From: Pseudovirgaria hyperparasitica
Lineage: Eukaryota
Reading direction: 5' to 3' (one strand)
Length of the DNA: 20,000 nucleotides
NCBI GenBank assembly: GCA_010093815.1
Contig: ML996588.1
Numbering within the stretch: the stretch's first letter is position 1; every line of letters starts with the position of its first letter. The position numbers and the translations under genes were made by a program. Positions 1-11,236 of the stretch are shown here, in pieces. The notes beneath the pieces are model-generated. The model was not told the origin of the DNA. It was given only the letters and a program-made list of their open reading frames with translations, and made no database searches.

Positions 1-753
1 CTTCTAACTACGTAACTAGTACTAAACGCACGCTACTAAGTAGAGCTAGAAATAAGTCTATTCTTTACTATCTATAGATATAATCTACTATCCTCTATAC
101 CTCTATAGATAGAAGCTAACTCTAGTTCCTCGCTCTCTACTAAATAAAGAGCGGAAACCTTTATAAAAAAGATAAAGAATATTACTAAGCTATATTAAGT
201 AAATATAGCGGAGGCTATCTAAAAGTAAGAGAAGTCTATAAATAGAAAGTAAACTCTAGTACTAGTATACTATATAGAAGATAAAGTATAGCTTAATTTA
301 AGAAACTATATAATAAGTTAACTAAAGAAGAACCTAGACTTAAAGCACGCGAAATATACTATAGATAAAGTTCTATTATTAGTATCTATTAGACTAAGGG
401 GACTTCCTAGTAATATCTACCTAGTATTCTATATAGATCTACTTAGACTAGCTAGCGAAGACCCTCTATCTAGATAGAAGACTAATAATAAATAACTAGA
501 CTCTATACTTATTAAGATATATAAAGAGTAGTAAATTAAAGAGATACTATATACTAGAAATAAAGGGCGAGGATAGAGAAGAGAAGTCCTAGTAAAATAG
601 GCCGGATACTATAATCTAATATAGGAACCCTTAGTAAATCTAATAGATACTACTATATTAGATAAGTTTAAATAGAAGTTTAGACCTACTAAGATAAATA
701 ATAGTCTACTAGAGTAGTAGACTATAAAGAAAAAGAAGGTATCTATCTAGTAA
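1..753 (+). pseudogene. pol: pol relic: integrase C-terminus plus chromodomain
   Basis: Frame +1 gives *LNLRNY..KKNLDLKHAKYTIDKV..LPSNIYLVFYIDLLR..EDPL, the RIP form of the IHPVFHVDLL motif. The chromodomain at ~525-690 reads E**IKEILYTRNKGRG*RREVLVK*AGYYNLI*EPL. Stops are TAG/TAA at Trp/Gln positions. Confidence 0.85.
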
Positions 754-849
754 TCTATAGAATATATAGATAAAGAAGAGGAAGACTATATAGTCTTAAG
801 AGAGAATAGAAAAGAAATTCATTCTATAGAAAGAAAAGAATAAAAAAAG

Positions 850-1870
850 AGAGAGAGAACTAAATACTAAAGAAAAAGGCCTAGAGACTAGTATATTCTA
901 ATAGACCTATAGATTAGTCTAATAGAGCCCTAATACTAACGCCGGAAGAATACCGCCTATACTATAATAGAAGGTTAGTAAGAGAATTTAACTAGATTCT
1001 AGAATTAAACTTATATTTAACTCTACTAGGCTACTATATTAGTTATCTAAGTAGTTATCTAGAAGGCAACGGTACTAAAAGTATAGTTAGTAATTATTTA
1101 TCTAGAGAGTCTAAATAGTCTTATATAGGAAGTAGACTAGCTACTTATAAGGGCTATAAAGTCTTTATAGCTTTTAGAATCTAGGCGAGGTTCTTATAGA
1201 TATCTAGTCTAAACTAACTATTAGCCGGGCGTTAAAATATAGAACTAGAAGAGAAAAGAACTTACGCCCTAGTATTAGCTAACCGAGTCTATACTATATA
1301 AGTAATATAAGTAATCTCCGGCCTAAAATACTCGGTTAGTAGTTATTATAATAAGGGTTTCTAAGTTAGCTTATAGATTCTAGTAATTTACCTTTCTTAG
1401 GGTATAACGAGTATAGAAGTAACTTTAGTTTAACTAAGCGAATTAGCGGAGCCTAATATAAATAATATAGAGTCTAATACTTACTACTTAGTTAGTATAG
1501 TCTTTACTAGCTAGAGTATAGCTCTAGTAGTAGATAATATTATTTATCTATAGAACCCGAGCGTTAGTAACTAGACCCTAACTAGATAAGAAAGAAGAAT
1601 CTAATCTTATAATAGAGAAGAATAAGATTATTAAGGTCTAGAAAAATAGAAGAGAAGCTATACCTTTATACTCGGGACCCTTAAAATTATAAATAGATCT
1701 TCGTAAATAGAATATTATAAATAAGATATCTATAATATATAAATATCTATTTATATATAACTCCGGAACGTATAAATAACTCTTATTTATATACTCTTAA
1801 TAGATAAGTAAATAGTTCCGGCGTATATAATAATAGACACCCTATTAACCGAGAAGCACCTGGTAAGAGA
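850..1870 (-). pseudogene. Putative antisense multi-intron accessory gene relic in the 3' region of chromovirus #1 (ends uncertain)
   Basis: Four minus-strand GT..branch..AG candidates: 1663-1548, 1484-1434 (GTAAGT/GCTAAT/TAG), 1391-1323 (GTAAAT/ACTAAC/TAG) and 1265-1214 (GTAAGT/GCTAAT/TAG). The exons between them are 63, 42 and 57 nt, all multiples of 3. Exon 1547-1485 reads INNIIYY*SYTLASKDYTN*V, which un-RIPs to a C-x2-C-x6-C motif. Confidence 0.5.
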
Positions 1871-1943
1871 TAGATTAATATAAAAATAGTCCTTAATTAA
1901 AGAACTAAACCCTTTCTTCTATATACTTAATAATAGGTCTAAG

Positions 1944-1989
1944 GCCTAAGGAGTTATAGGGCTAAAGCCTAAGAAGATATAGGGCTAAA
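1944..1989. repeat. Two tandem copies of a 23-bp unit
   Basis: gcctaaggagttatagggctaaa followed directly by gcctaagaagatatagggctaaa. Confidence 0.8.
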
Positions 1990-2007
1990 TTAAAGTAGAT
2001 ACACGGA

Positions 2008-2041
2008 TAGTAAGTCTAGTAAAATTTTACTAGACTTACTA
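2008..2041. repeat. Perfect 34-bp palindrome
   Basis: TAGTAAGTCTAGTAAAA|TTTTACTAGACTTACTA; the two halves are exact reverse complements. Confidence 0.9.
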
Positions 2042-2540
2042 CACGAATATATATATTAAATCTAAGTAGCCTAGCTTATAGAGAGTACTATACACGGTAG
2101 CGATAGAGGCTACTACCGTTCTACGATAATAATTATTACTACTAGAGTAATAATAGATACTACTACGTTAGAAAGCTATTCTTAGATAGATAGCTATCTA
2201 CCTAGTACTAGAGGGATATAGATATAAAAGGAGCTACTAATATAGAAATTAAACCATCTTCTATAAATAACCTATAATAGGTTTAATAGGTGGATCCTTT
2301 TAATAGAAGGTATATACGCCACGACCTAATAGCGGATATTAAGTCTAGTTACTAAGGTCTATATTAGAGGGTGTCATATACGATAATAAGTATTACTATA
2401 AGCTAATAATAATTACTACTATAACGACTAGATATAGAAGAGCGGCTTTATTATAGGTTTTCTAGGAAGCTAGTAGAAATAAGCCGGATAACGCTTACTT
2501 ATAAGCGGTCTATAGCTAGGGTAGACTCTAGTAATAAATA

Positions 2541-2558
2541 AGCGGAGGGAGGGGGTAA
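2541..2558 (+). other. Polypurine tract of chromovirus #1
   Basis: AGCGGAGGGAGGGGGTAA directly before the LTR-like start TATTAAGGG. Confidence 0.75.
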
Positions 2559-2773
2559 TATTAAGGGTAGACCCTAGGTATACTTAACGCTAGTATACTA
2601 CGTCTACGCTACTACTCTCTCCTTACTTAATAAAGCTAAGCGAGCCCCTTTTTAATAGCGTACTCTATCTCTTATCTTAAGAAAGCCGAGTAGACTCCGG
2701 CTTTCTCCCTTATTAAACTTACTATATTCTATAAATACTCTTACGTCTATATATACATAGTATTCCTATAATA
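2559..2773 (+). repeat. 3' LTR of chromovirus #1 (~215 bp)
   Basis: Follows the PPT. The ends TATTAAGG...CCTATAATA are imperfect inverted repeats and the RIP form of TG...CA. Homology to LINE B RT (~12915 onward) starts right after. The partner LTR is not in the window. Confidence 0.65.
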
Positions 2774-3650
2774 GAGGCGAACTTTACTCCGTAGTATTTT
2801 ATCTACTAGATATATCTCTTATAGTCTTATTTAAGGCGTTTATATATTAAACTAGTATTATTATTAATAGCTAGAAGATATATATTATTAGTATATTCTA
2901 CTATCTCTATATATTATATCTCTTATAGAAGGTCTATAGTAAAGAAGAGAAAGAGAATTAGAGAGATAGTACTTCCTTATAGAATACTATATATTATCTT
3001 CTTATATTTACTTTAATATCTAGAGATATATATCTAGGTAATTCTTTTAATAAGGAAGGACTATATAAACTTTATAATCTATTTAGGTATATATCTCTTC
3101 TATAGATTATATATAAGTCTTATATAGTTTATCTTATTAAATACGCCGGCTATATTAAGGGAGAGTAATATTACTATATATTTCTACTTCTATATAGTCT
3201 AGATAACTTTAAGAATATATTAGATAGTAGTAATTAGAGAGCTTCTAGTCTTTATCTTCTAGTTTACTAGAAGAAGGTTATATTCTTATACTATAGTACT
3301 TATCTTCTTTACGATTATAGCTTTAAGTATCTTACTAAGATAGAAGAGAAGAGTAATTAGTCTCTATCCTTTTAGAGAATTAGAGTTCTTCTCTAGCTTT
3401 AGAAGTATAATAGTATAGATAGTCTAGAAGCTTTAGAGGTAGTATCTATTCTTAGTATATATCTAGAAGATAAGACTAATAAGTAGTAAGGTTATCTATA
3501 TAGTATATTTAAAGTATCTATTTAGTATTCTATCTAGTCTAGGCGCTTTATTATTTAGAAGTACTTTAATAGTATTAAGTATATCTTCTTCTATAATCTC
3601 TATAGAGATATTAACCGTATCTAGATATATATTATTATTAATATCTAATA
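2774..3650 (-). mobile_element. LINE A (Tad1-like non-LTR retrotransposon), reverse-transcriptase segment of ORF2, heavily RIPped
   Basis: Colinear with LINE B ~12915-13791 (e.g. ggcgaactttactccgt, aagaagag..agagatagtact, ttattaaa..ccggctatat). Broken at a 14-bp TSD and resumes at 17698. Confidence 0.88.
3637..3650. repeat. Left 14-bp target-site duplication of LINE B
   Basis: ATTAATATCTAATA (3637-3650) vs ATCAATATCTAATA (17698-17711): one CpA>TpA difference. Joining the two sides restores colinearity with LINE B ~13780-13830. Confidence 0.85.
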
Positions 3651-3654
3651 ATAA

Positions 3655-3856
3655 TGTAATGGATGTGACCAAGGTGTTACTATAATAGTAATTAGAATAT
3701 ATTATAATTTAACTTAGAGAGAGTAGGGGTAGCTCGTATGGGTTATAGCTTAAGTATAGTCTTAAGCGAGGTCACGTGATACCCCTATACTAGTCTCTAT
3801 CCGTCCCGGCTCCGTTATATAATACTAGAGATAAGGTAAAGCCGAAGTCCATAACA
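3655..3856 (-). repeat. 3' LTR of chromovirus #2 (202 bp)
   Basis: Termini TGTAATGGA...TCCATAACA (8/9 inverted repeat). Differs from 11249-11450 by 9 substitutions, all transitions. Confidence 0.95.
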
Positions 3857-3870
3857 TACCCTTATTCTCT
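3857..3870 (-). other. Polypurine tract of chromovirus #2
   Basis: Minus-strand AGAGAATAAGGGTA abutting the 3' LTR. Confidence 0.65.
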
Positions 3871-4044
3871 AGGGTTGTCTTAGGGACCGGCTTAGTATTT
3901 CATGTAATAATAACCGGCTCGGTTAGATCTTAGGTTTACGGTCTTTATATCGTACTATATAATAGTAGTAGGGCTATATATTACGTCCGGTAAGGTAGCC
4001 GTATCCCGTAGTCGCGTCTTAGTCGCGTAATAGAGGAGAGTTCC

Positions 4045-4362
4045 TCCATAACGGCGTCGTTAGTTATGTAATCGCATAGTAGTAGCACCTCGTGGTTACG
4101 TCCTAGCGGTCACGTGGTAGAGGTGGGTTCCTTATACTACGGCGTCGTTAGTCATGTGGTCGCACGGCGGTAGCATCTTATAGTCGCGTTCTAGCGGTCA
4201 CGTGGCGGAGGTAGGGTATCCTACGCACGAACCGCGCGTCTTATTTATTATTACCCATTTTAGGACCGGTTCTTCTCCGGGCTAGGGGTTAGGTAGTAGT
4301 AGTAGGGTAGCTTACGCACGACCCGCGTTTATTATTATTATTATCTATTTTAGGACCGGCTC
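4045..4362. repeat. Two pairs of diverged direct repeats upstream of the antisense gene
   Basis: acggcgtcgttag...ctagcggtcacgtgg..gaggt at 4051 and 4139 (88-bp period). tacgcacga..cgcg..ttattatt..attttaggaccgg at 4222 and 4313 (~91-bp period). Confidence 0.8.
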
Positions 4363-4495
4363 CACCCCGGCCCACACGATTTTCCCTAACGCGAGTATAT
4401 AGGTCCCACGTCTAGCGACTTTCTTCTTCTTTAACTACTATCACGCCTACTATCTCGATACCGCGTAGTGGCTACCACGATATTAGTAAACTCGT

Positions 4496-6000
4496 ATGCC
4501 ACCTCGTAGCTTCTATACCATTATTATAAGCGCGCTAGGCCTAAATAGGCCTATTATAGAAGCCGGCGCCGTCTTAGCGGTAGCTATAGGTACTAGGGGT
4601 TAAGACCCTAACGATCGACGCGCGCCTAGGCGCTAGGAACCGCCTAACCGCACCGTGAGTGGGTCCTATCCCTACGCCGTTCCTCATGCTAACTAGGTAG
4701 ATTATTTCTCCTACTACCTCCCGATAGGCTAAGCCTATTTACCGTATAGGGCTATATATTATAGAGGGTAACTCGTTAGAAGACGAGCGTACCGAGTCCG
4801 TGTACTTCGTATATCGTATATATATAAAGGCCCTAGAGAAGACTAGGGTGCTTAAGTACGTGCCGTCTCTACGCTATAGTAGCGCCTACTAATCTAGAGC
4901 GTAGCTATAAGCCTAGCCGCGGTACTAACTATATAAAGTGCCACACGTCGAAAGGGATCTACTTATAGAATACCGAGAAGCTCGCTATGTACCCGGCCCT
5001 ATATAAGGCGTAGAGCCGCCTCGAGAAGTTCGTGCACGAGTCGGTTAATAATAACTTTAGTCATATAATAGACCGTGGTAGTCGCGGCCTAGACCCGACT
5101 AAGCCTTCGTCCGGTAAGTAGCCGTGTATAAACTCTAAGTTCTACCGCCTATACGAGGACTATAAGTCTAACTTAGAGATTACGTATATCGCCCGCCGTA
5201 ACGCTAGCATCGTTAGTTAGGTCCCTATAACGCCTAATCGCGGTGCTATCACGGTAATTAAGACGCTATATCGTGGTAGTAGTAACCGTGGGTAGCTTAG
5301 TAGTATGATTCACTAGATGAATTAGTATATGTCGTATAACGAGGCCTAAATAGGCGAGTTACGCACTAACATCGGCGCCCTATAGGTATATACTTAGTTA
5401 GCCTAATTACTACTATCTTAACACGTGACGTAGGGTTCGATGTAGTAGGTCGCTTCCGGCCTAGCACGCCTAGCTAAGCCGCCGCCTCGCTAACTTCTTA
5501 CCTAGGCGGTTATAGAGGAGGAGGAGCCTCGTTTAAGTAGTGGTCGCCCACGCCGCCCTCGGCTAAGCGGCCCTAAGGAGTCGCCTACCCGCAGCCCGCG
5601 CTATCGCTATACCACCCCCCACCGGCTCCCTATTACTCCCCCCCCGTGGGAGGCCTTGCCGTTACCGCGCCGTCTCTATACCCCGCCCCGCCGCCGCGAC
5701 CCGTCCTAGCGCCGCTCTCGCTCGCCGGAGCGCCGTAGCCGGTCCCCCGACCGCCACGACCGGTCCCCTTACCGCCATAACTAGTCCCCCCGCCGCCGTA
5801 ACTATTTCTATAAGCGTCGCCGCCAATTCTATAACCGCCGGTGTTATACCGTCGAGGGTCGTCGCTTATCGCGTCGTTACTAGTCGCCGTCTCGCAGCCG
5901 CCATAGCCGCCCCGACGAGGTGTATAACTCCCCCTTACTACTAAGCTAGATTAATAGTCGCCCCCGCCGCTAGGAGCCGGCCTAGGGGAGGACTAGGTAA
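4496..6000 (+). pseudogene. Antisense, three-exon accessory gene relic (~470 codons): Zn(II)2Cys6-like cluster, coiled-coil-like middle, Arg/Ser/Pro-rich C-terminus
   Basis: ATG at 4496. Exons 4496-4654, 4701-4855 and 4905-~6000. Intron 4655-4700 is GTGAGT..GCTAAC..TAG and intron 4856-4904 is GTACGT..ACTAAT..TAG. Splicing yields one frame whose internal stops are only TAG/TAA. The spliced motif is Y-x2-Y-x11-Y-x7-Y-x2-C-x6-Y, where TAT/TAC are RIP products of TGT/TGC. The tail reads RRSRSPERRSRSPDRHDRSP. The 3' end is approximate. Confidence 0.72.
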
Positions 6001-6215
6001 CTAACCTTATAGTTAGGATTTGCGGTTAAGGACCGTACCGGCCCCGGCGCCGTATAGACCTAGGGTAGGGCTAGGAGAATAACCTTTTTATGTCTTAAGG
6101 AGGGTGTCGGTTTATTATTAGGTTACTTAGGTACTTAGCGTTTGGCGTTTAGTCTTTATAGAATCTCCACTCTTATATCGGGTTATTAGGGCCGCTATAG
6201 GCCCGTAATAGTAGA

Positions 6216-9200
6216 TTAATATCTTTATTTAGGGATGCGCTAAAGTCGTAGGCCGTTATGTAATCGCGTGCTACTATACCGGGCCTTAAACCTATCTAGT
6301 ACCTCGGTATCCTCTACGTCCTCGAGTAGTACCTATATTAGCTATAGCTAGCCCTTCTATTTTACGAGTACTTGCCTCTTATTTCGCCTACGTGCGTTTT
6401 TCGCCCGAAGGATATCCTTAACCTCGTATTTAGTAACGTCCTTATCGGCTTCGTTAAGTTCGAGTACCGGGCCCGGGCGAGTATCTAGCCGCTCCTAGCT
6501 AGGTAGAGGGTCCTCTACGGCGTGCTCGACTAGGCTAACATAGACCGTCTTATAAAGGTCCCTAGAGAGGTTAAGGGTTACTATTAGGGGGGTGGGTTAG
6601 GCGAGAACCCTATACTTAGTCTATAGCTAGTCGAGTTTCCGGCTCGGGCGATTAGTCTTTACGTTTCGGAGTAAGAACTATACTATATTACTAACCTTAA
6701 AGCGTTTAGCTAGGCGGCGTGACCGGTTAGCTAAGTCCTAGGAACGTTACTCGGCCTAGGTAATAGCCGCCTACGCTAGGGTAGTACCGTTATAGAGGTG
6801 CTTAAGGAAGTTTATAGCCCGGCCTTTCGCTAAGGTCGTAGAGGTATCGGGGAGTAGCCGTCGCGGTAATAGTTCGATATAGTATCTATTTAGAAGTAGG
6901 TTTGGCGCTATACCGGTTACTAATAAGGTGCGGTTATTTAGGGCGAGCTAGCATGCCGGTAGGCACTCCGGCTAATTAGTTTACTTGAAGGTTACTATAA
7001 CGCAAAGTACCGCCTAGACCTCCTAGTTTACTCGCTCTATGCTACCGTCGGTCTACAGGTGGTAGACCATAGAGAGGTCCTAGTGCACGTCTATTATAGA
7101 GTAAAGGGTTATCTAGAACTACCCTAGCCAGTCTAAGCCCTAGTCGGTAATAATAGACTATAGAAACCCCCGGAAACGCTACCATGTATTACGGAATCGC
7201 GCCATATAGTCCTTAGCCGCCATAGAGGTTATCGCCTCTAGCTAGATGAATTTTAAGAGCCAATCTATAATAATAAGTAGGTACCGGGGCTATAACGGGT
7301 CCGATTAGGGGAGGTCGGTTATAAAGTCTATAGAAATCTAGAACTAGAAATGGTCTAGTGTCGGAAGCGGCTAGAGGAGCCTAGGGGCCTTACGCCAATT
7401 TATATAAGCTCTATAGTAGTCGTAGTTCCGCACGAATCGCTAGATATTAGCCTATATACGCTTCTAGTAGTATTCCCGCCGGATAGCTACGTACGTCTCA
7501 TTCTTACTAGAGTAGCCCACGAGGGGGGAAGCGTGGGACCTCTAGATAATAGTTATTATAAGTGGTTCCTATTCGGGTACCTAGATAACTCCCTACCACG
7601 TGAGTGTCCCGTGTACCGATATAGCGTAGTCCGTGACCTATTTAGTCGTAAGCGCCTCTGGTAGAAAGAGGCGTACCCCACCTACTACGGCCGTATAGCG
7701 GACCTAATACGCCGGGATGGACTAAGCGGCTTAGTCCTAAAGCTCCTAGAGGTAGGGATCGGTAAAGATACTTTATCCCTATAGGAGGCGATCCTCCCCG
7801 GAGTAGGTGCTTATAGATACTATTTAGATAGCTTACGGGGCTATAAGCTACCCCTATAAGAGGGACTTCTTAGACGAGTCCTAGTTACGGCGGCTAAGGG
7901 CGTCCGGGCGAGCCGCCTAGGATCCCGGCCGGTATACTAGGTCGTAGTTAAAGAGTATAAGCTAGTTAGACTATCGCTACTACCGCGGGACGAGAAGGTA
8001 AGACTTAGTAAAGTACTCGAGGTTCTTATAGTCCGTATAGATCGTGAAAGGGCGGTAAACGCTCCGAAGCTCGGGTTCCCACGCCTAGAGGCACTAAACT
8101 ATAGTAAGGAGCTTCTTATCGTGGATTATATAGTTCTATTAGACGGCCGTAAGGGCCGCGGAGTGGTAGGCTATTAGGTGCTAAATGCCCCGAACCCTCT
8201 AGGATAGGTACCCGCCTATCGCGTGGCTAGAGTAATCCGCCTCGACCATTATATCGCGCGTCTCGTCCTAGGATTAGAGAATAGGTCCTATAATAAAAGT
8301 ATTCTTAAGCTTAGCAAACGCGTGGTCCTCGGTTAGGCCCTAGTAGAAGGCCGCCCCGGCCCTAGTAAGGGCGTAGAGCGGGGCCGCTACGGTGGAGAAG
8401 TCGGGAAGAAAGTTATAGTAGAAGTTTATAAATCTAATAAATCGCCGGACGCCCCGGACCGTAGTCGGGGGCTCCTAGTCCCGGATCGCGGCGATTTTCT
8501 CCGGGTCGGGGCGGATTAATTTACCGGCGGTAATAATGTACCCTAGGTACTAGACTTCCTTAGTAGCGAAGCGGCACTTAGTAAGGTTATAGTAAAGGTC
8601 CGCTTTAGTAAGGAGAGATAGGATAGTCTTTACGGCGGCCTAGTGGTCCTCTAGCGTGCCCGGGGTATAGATAAGGACATTATTAAGATACGCTATATAG
8701 GTTACCCCTAGGACCCCGCTTAGTACCCCGTTAATATAGCGCTAGAAGAAGGCCGGGGTACTAGAGAGACTAAACGGAAGCACGGTCTATTTAAAGAGGC
8801 CGAACTAGATACGGAAAGCCGTCTTATATTCGTCGCCGGCGGCCACCCGTAGTTTATAGAATGCCGCCTAAATATCGACCTTACTAAACCATAACGCGTT
8901 ACTAATAGTATATAGGGTTTCGCGTATTAGAGGAAGCGGGTATTAATCCTACTCCGTGATGCCGTTAAGGGCTCTATAGTTAATATATAGCCGCCATTTC
9001 CCTCCCGGCTTAGGGACGAGTAATACTAGCGCCCTAGCCGCGGAGGAGCTAGCCCGTATCTAACCCTTATCTATAAGATCCGTGAGCTGGCGGCGTAGCT
9101 CCACCAGCTACTCCCGAGATATAGTATAGAGGGGTCCCTAAGGGAGGTTTACCGGGGTCCCCGCCAGGGTGGACTTAATGCGGATATAGTAGTCGGTACT

Positions 9201-9960
9201 CCCCCGGTAGGGGGGCAGCGCCGACGCCTTCGCCTTATTAAAGAGATCGCGGTAGGCGTGTAGCTTCGATAGGAGCGGGCGCCTATCCTCCGTAAGCTCG
9301 GACGCGTCCTAGTTAGGTATCGGAGGTAGCGGGGGGAGCATAAGCTATAGAAGGCGGGTGACGTCGCGGATGCTGGTAGCGACCACCCGTCCACGGCGAT
9401 AAGCCGTCTCTAGAGCCTCTATAATATGACCCTTCTCGGCAAGCACCCGAATGCGCGTTAGGCGCATATAGGCGTTTACATCCTAGGCTACGAGGCCGTA
9501 GGCGCGGTAGAGTATGATCTCGTCTACCCGTATATTAATAACGGCGCCGGCCTAGTAGAGCCACGGGCTCCTAAGGATAAGGTCCCGGTCTAGCCCGGGC
9601 ACTATATAGGCGGAGAGGCGCTATCTCTATCCGGCGATGTCATACCATATAGTAACGACTTCCGTGATCTCCGGTCCCGACGCTCCGTTAGCGGTAAGAG
9701 CCACTTAATAACGTAGAACCAAGATACATAACTTAGCCACGTCCCTTGTAAGGGATAGGCTAACTACCACGAAATACTCGCACCCTATATCTACTAAGGC
9801 GTCTATATACTTTCTATCCTAGAGGAATAGCGATATAACGGGTGGCGGCCCGTCTATAACCTAAGCGGGTGCGCTATCCTCCGGGTCGGAGCCGTAATCT
9901 TAGTCGCCCGTGGCTTCGTTCCCTACCGAATGTTATAATATCCCCCGACCCGGGCTATAG
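6216..9960 (-). pseudogene. pol: pol relic: aspartic protease, RT, RNase H, integrase, chromodomain
   Basis: PR ALVDIGC (DTG) at ~9780-9800. RT YKTAFRI*FGLFK*TVLPFSL at ~8765-8828 and YLNN (YLDD) at 8679-8690. RNase H IHDKKLLTI at ~8100-8126. Integrase core at ~7000-7540. Chromodomain YEVKDILRAKNARRRNKRQVLVK*KG at ~6270-6430. pol is in the -1 frame relative to gag. Confidence 0.92.
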
Positions 9961-9967
9961 TAAGGGA

Positions 9968-11209
9968 CTATACTTCCCCCGCCTCGGAGTTAGAATTAGT
10001 ATCGTCCTAGGCTAGGGCCGCGACCTTAAGCACCCGTATATTAACGGCGTTTAGGTAGCCCCGTTATTAGTGGCTAGCCTAGCCGTACCGGGTATACACG
10101 CCCGCCGTGCGGCGCTCCTAGAATAAATCCTTTAGAATCCACGAAGGAGGCTCTTTCTTCTTAACCCCGTTCTTACTCTTCGCCGCCGGTAAGGTAGCTC
10201 GCTCCTTACCCTTTATCTTAACGGCCTTAATAGTAACCGCTAACATCGTCGTATTACCGTCCTTATCCTTACCCGGCTTACTTTAGGGCGCCGTGTTTTA
10301 CCTAGTACGGAGCCGGAATAACTCTATATCTATACTAATATCCCTAAGGCGGCCTACGGCGGCCTCGTATTGGTCCGGGAGGCCCCGGTTTAGGGCTACT
10401 ACCTAGGTCTTCTAGTTAAGGCCGTCCCGGAGCCGCATAAGCTTCTAGTCATCGGCCTAGTATATCCCCCTAGCCTCCTAGAGGGCGGTATAGAACTAGA
10501 CGAAGTAATCTATAAACGGCTCCTTAGCCTTTTATACGATTATATTCAGCCGTTAAAGGGCCCGCTCTTTAGTATATATATCTCTAAACTAGAACTTAAG
10601 GTAGTCTAGGAACGCGTGTGGGTCCTAGTTACTATTTAGCCCCCTAGTAGAATATACCGCGCTAACCCCCTTCTATACCTTAGGCGCTAGGTTAGCCTAG
10701 ATAAGGGCTATCTAGTCCCTATAGGTGCCGATGAACTCGGCGTCCCGGGTAATCTTATACCGTATTATAATGGACCACGTATAGAAGAGAGCCTTAGACC
10801 CGTTATACGGATCGCCGAGGGGGAGAGGCTTCCGTTTCATAGGCCGGTCGAGCGTAATATACGGGGCTAATAGTAGTAAAGTAGGGGCGCGTATAGGTAG
10901 GGCCGGGTCGGGCCCGTATAGGCGCTAAGGTGTAGCTAAGGAGGGGTCGGGCTAGGGTAGGGACGAATCCCTATAGGTTAACGTGGTAGGAGTACGGCTA
11001 TATACTTCGACCGTAACTAGGCGGGCGTTAATGCGCTGTAGCGCCGTATAGACGCTCTACTTAATATCGGATATACGAGACTCGCTTGCCGCTTAGGCGG
11101 CCGTAATAGACTTATATACGGCCCGTATTTCGTCTCGGAAGCTAAGGAAGGAGTTAGAGAGTTACCGCATTAGATTAGAGTCTTACGGGTTAAGACTATC
11201 TTATGCTAT
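9968..11209 (-). pseudogene. gag: gag relic with CCHC zinc knuckle
   Basis: 10096-10055 reads YTRYG*ASH**RGY, which un-RIPs to CTRCGQAGHQQRGC (C-x2-C-x4-H-x4-C). Same frame as the ATG at 11170 and a possible RIPped start (ATA) at 11209. Stop at 9970-9968. Confidence 0.82.
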
Positions 11210-11236
11210 AAGGCTACGTATAGGAAGAGGTTAATA

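Larger units (their letters stand above)
1..2773 (+). mobile_element. Ty3/gypsy chromovirus #1, 3' half (integrase, chromodomain, ~1.8-kb 3' region, PPT, 3' LTR), RIP-degraded, inserted into LINE A
   Basis: Frame +1 reads as an integrase C-terminus and chromodomain. A polypurine tract at 2541-2558 is followed by a ~215-bp segment with imperfect terminal inverted repeats. LINE RT sequence begins immediately after 2773. The 5' part lies outside the window. Confidence 0.85.

Noticed and set aside
4496..6000. env-like third ORF
   Set aside because: It is antisense and spliced, with no evident C-terminal transmembrane anchor; the composition is basic and nuclear-like.
9149..9394. 81-aa ORF from the ORF track
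   Set aside because: It lies inside gypsy pol between protease and RT and shows no recognisable motif; most likely a chance open frame in GC-richer sequence.
6216..11209. Stop-codon reassignment (TAG/TAA read as Gln) as the cause of in-frame stops
   Set aside because: The same C>T/G>A changes destroy catalytic residues (YLDD>YLNN, Cys>Tyr, Trp>TAG) and distinguish the two LTRs, which is RIP rather than an alternative genetic code.
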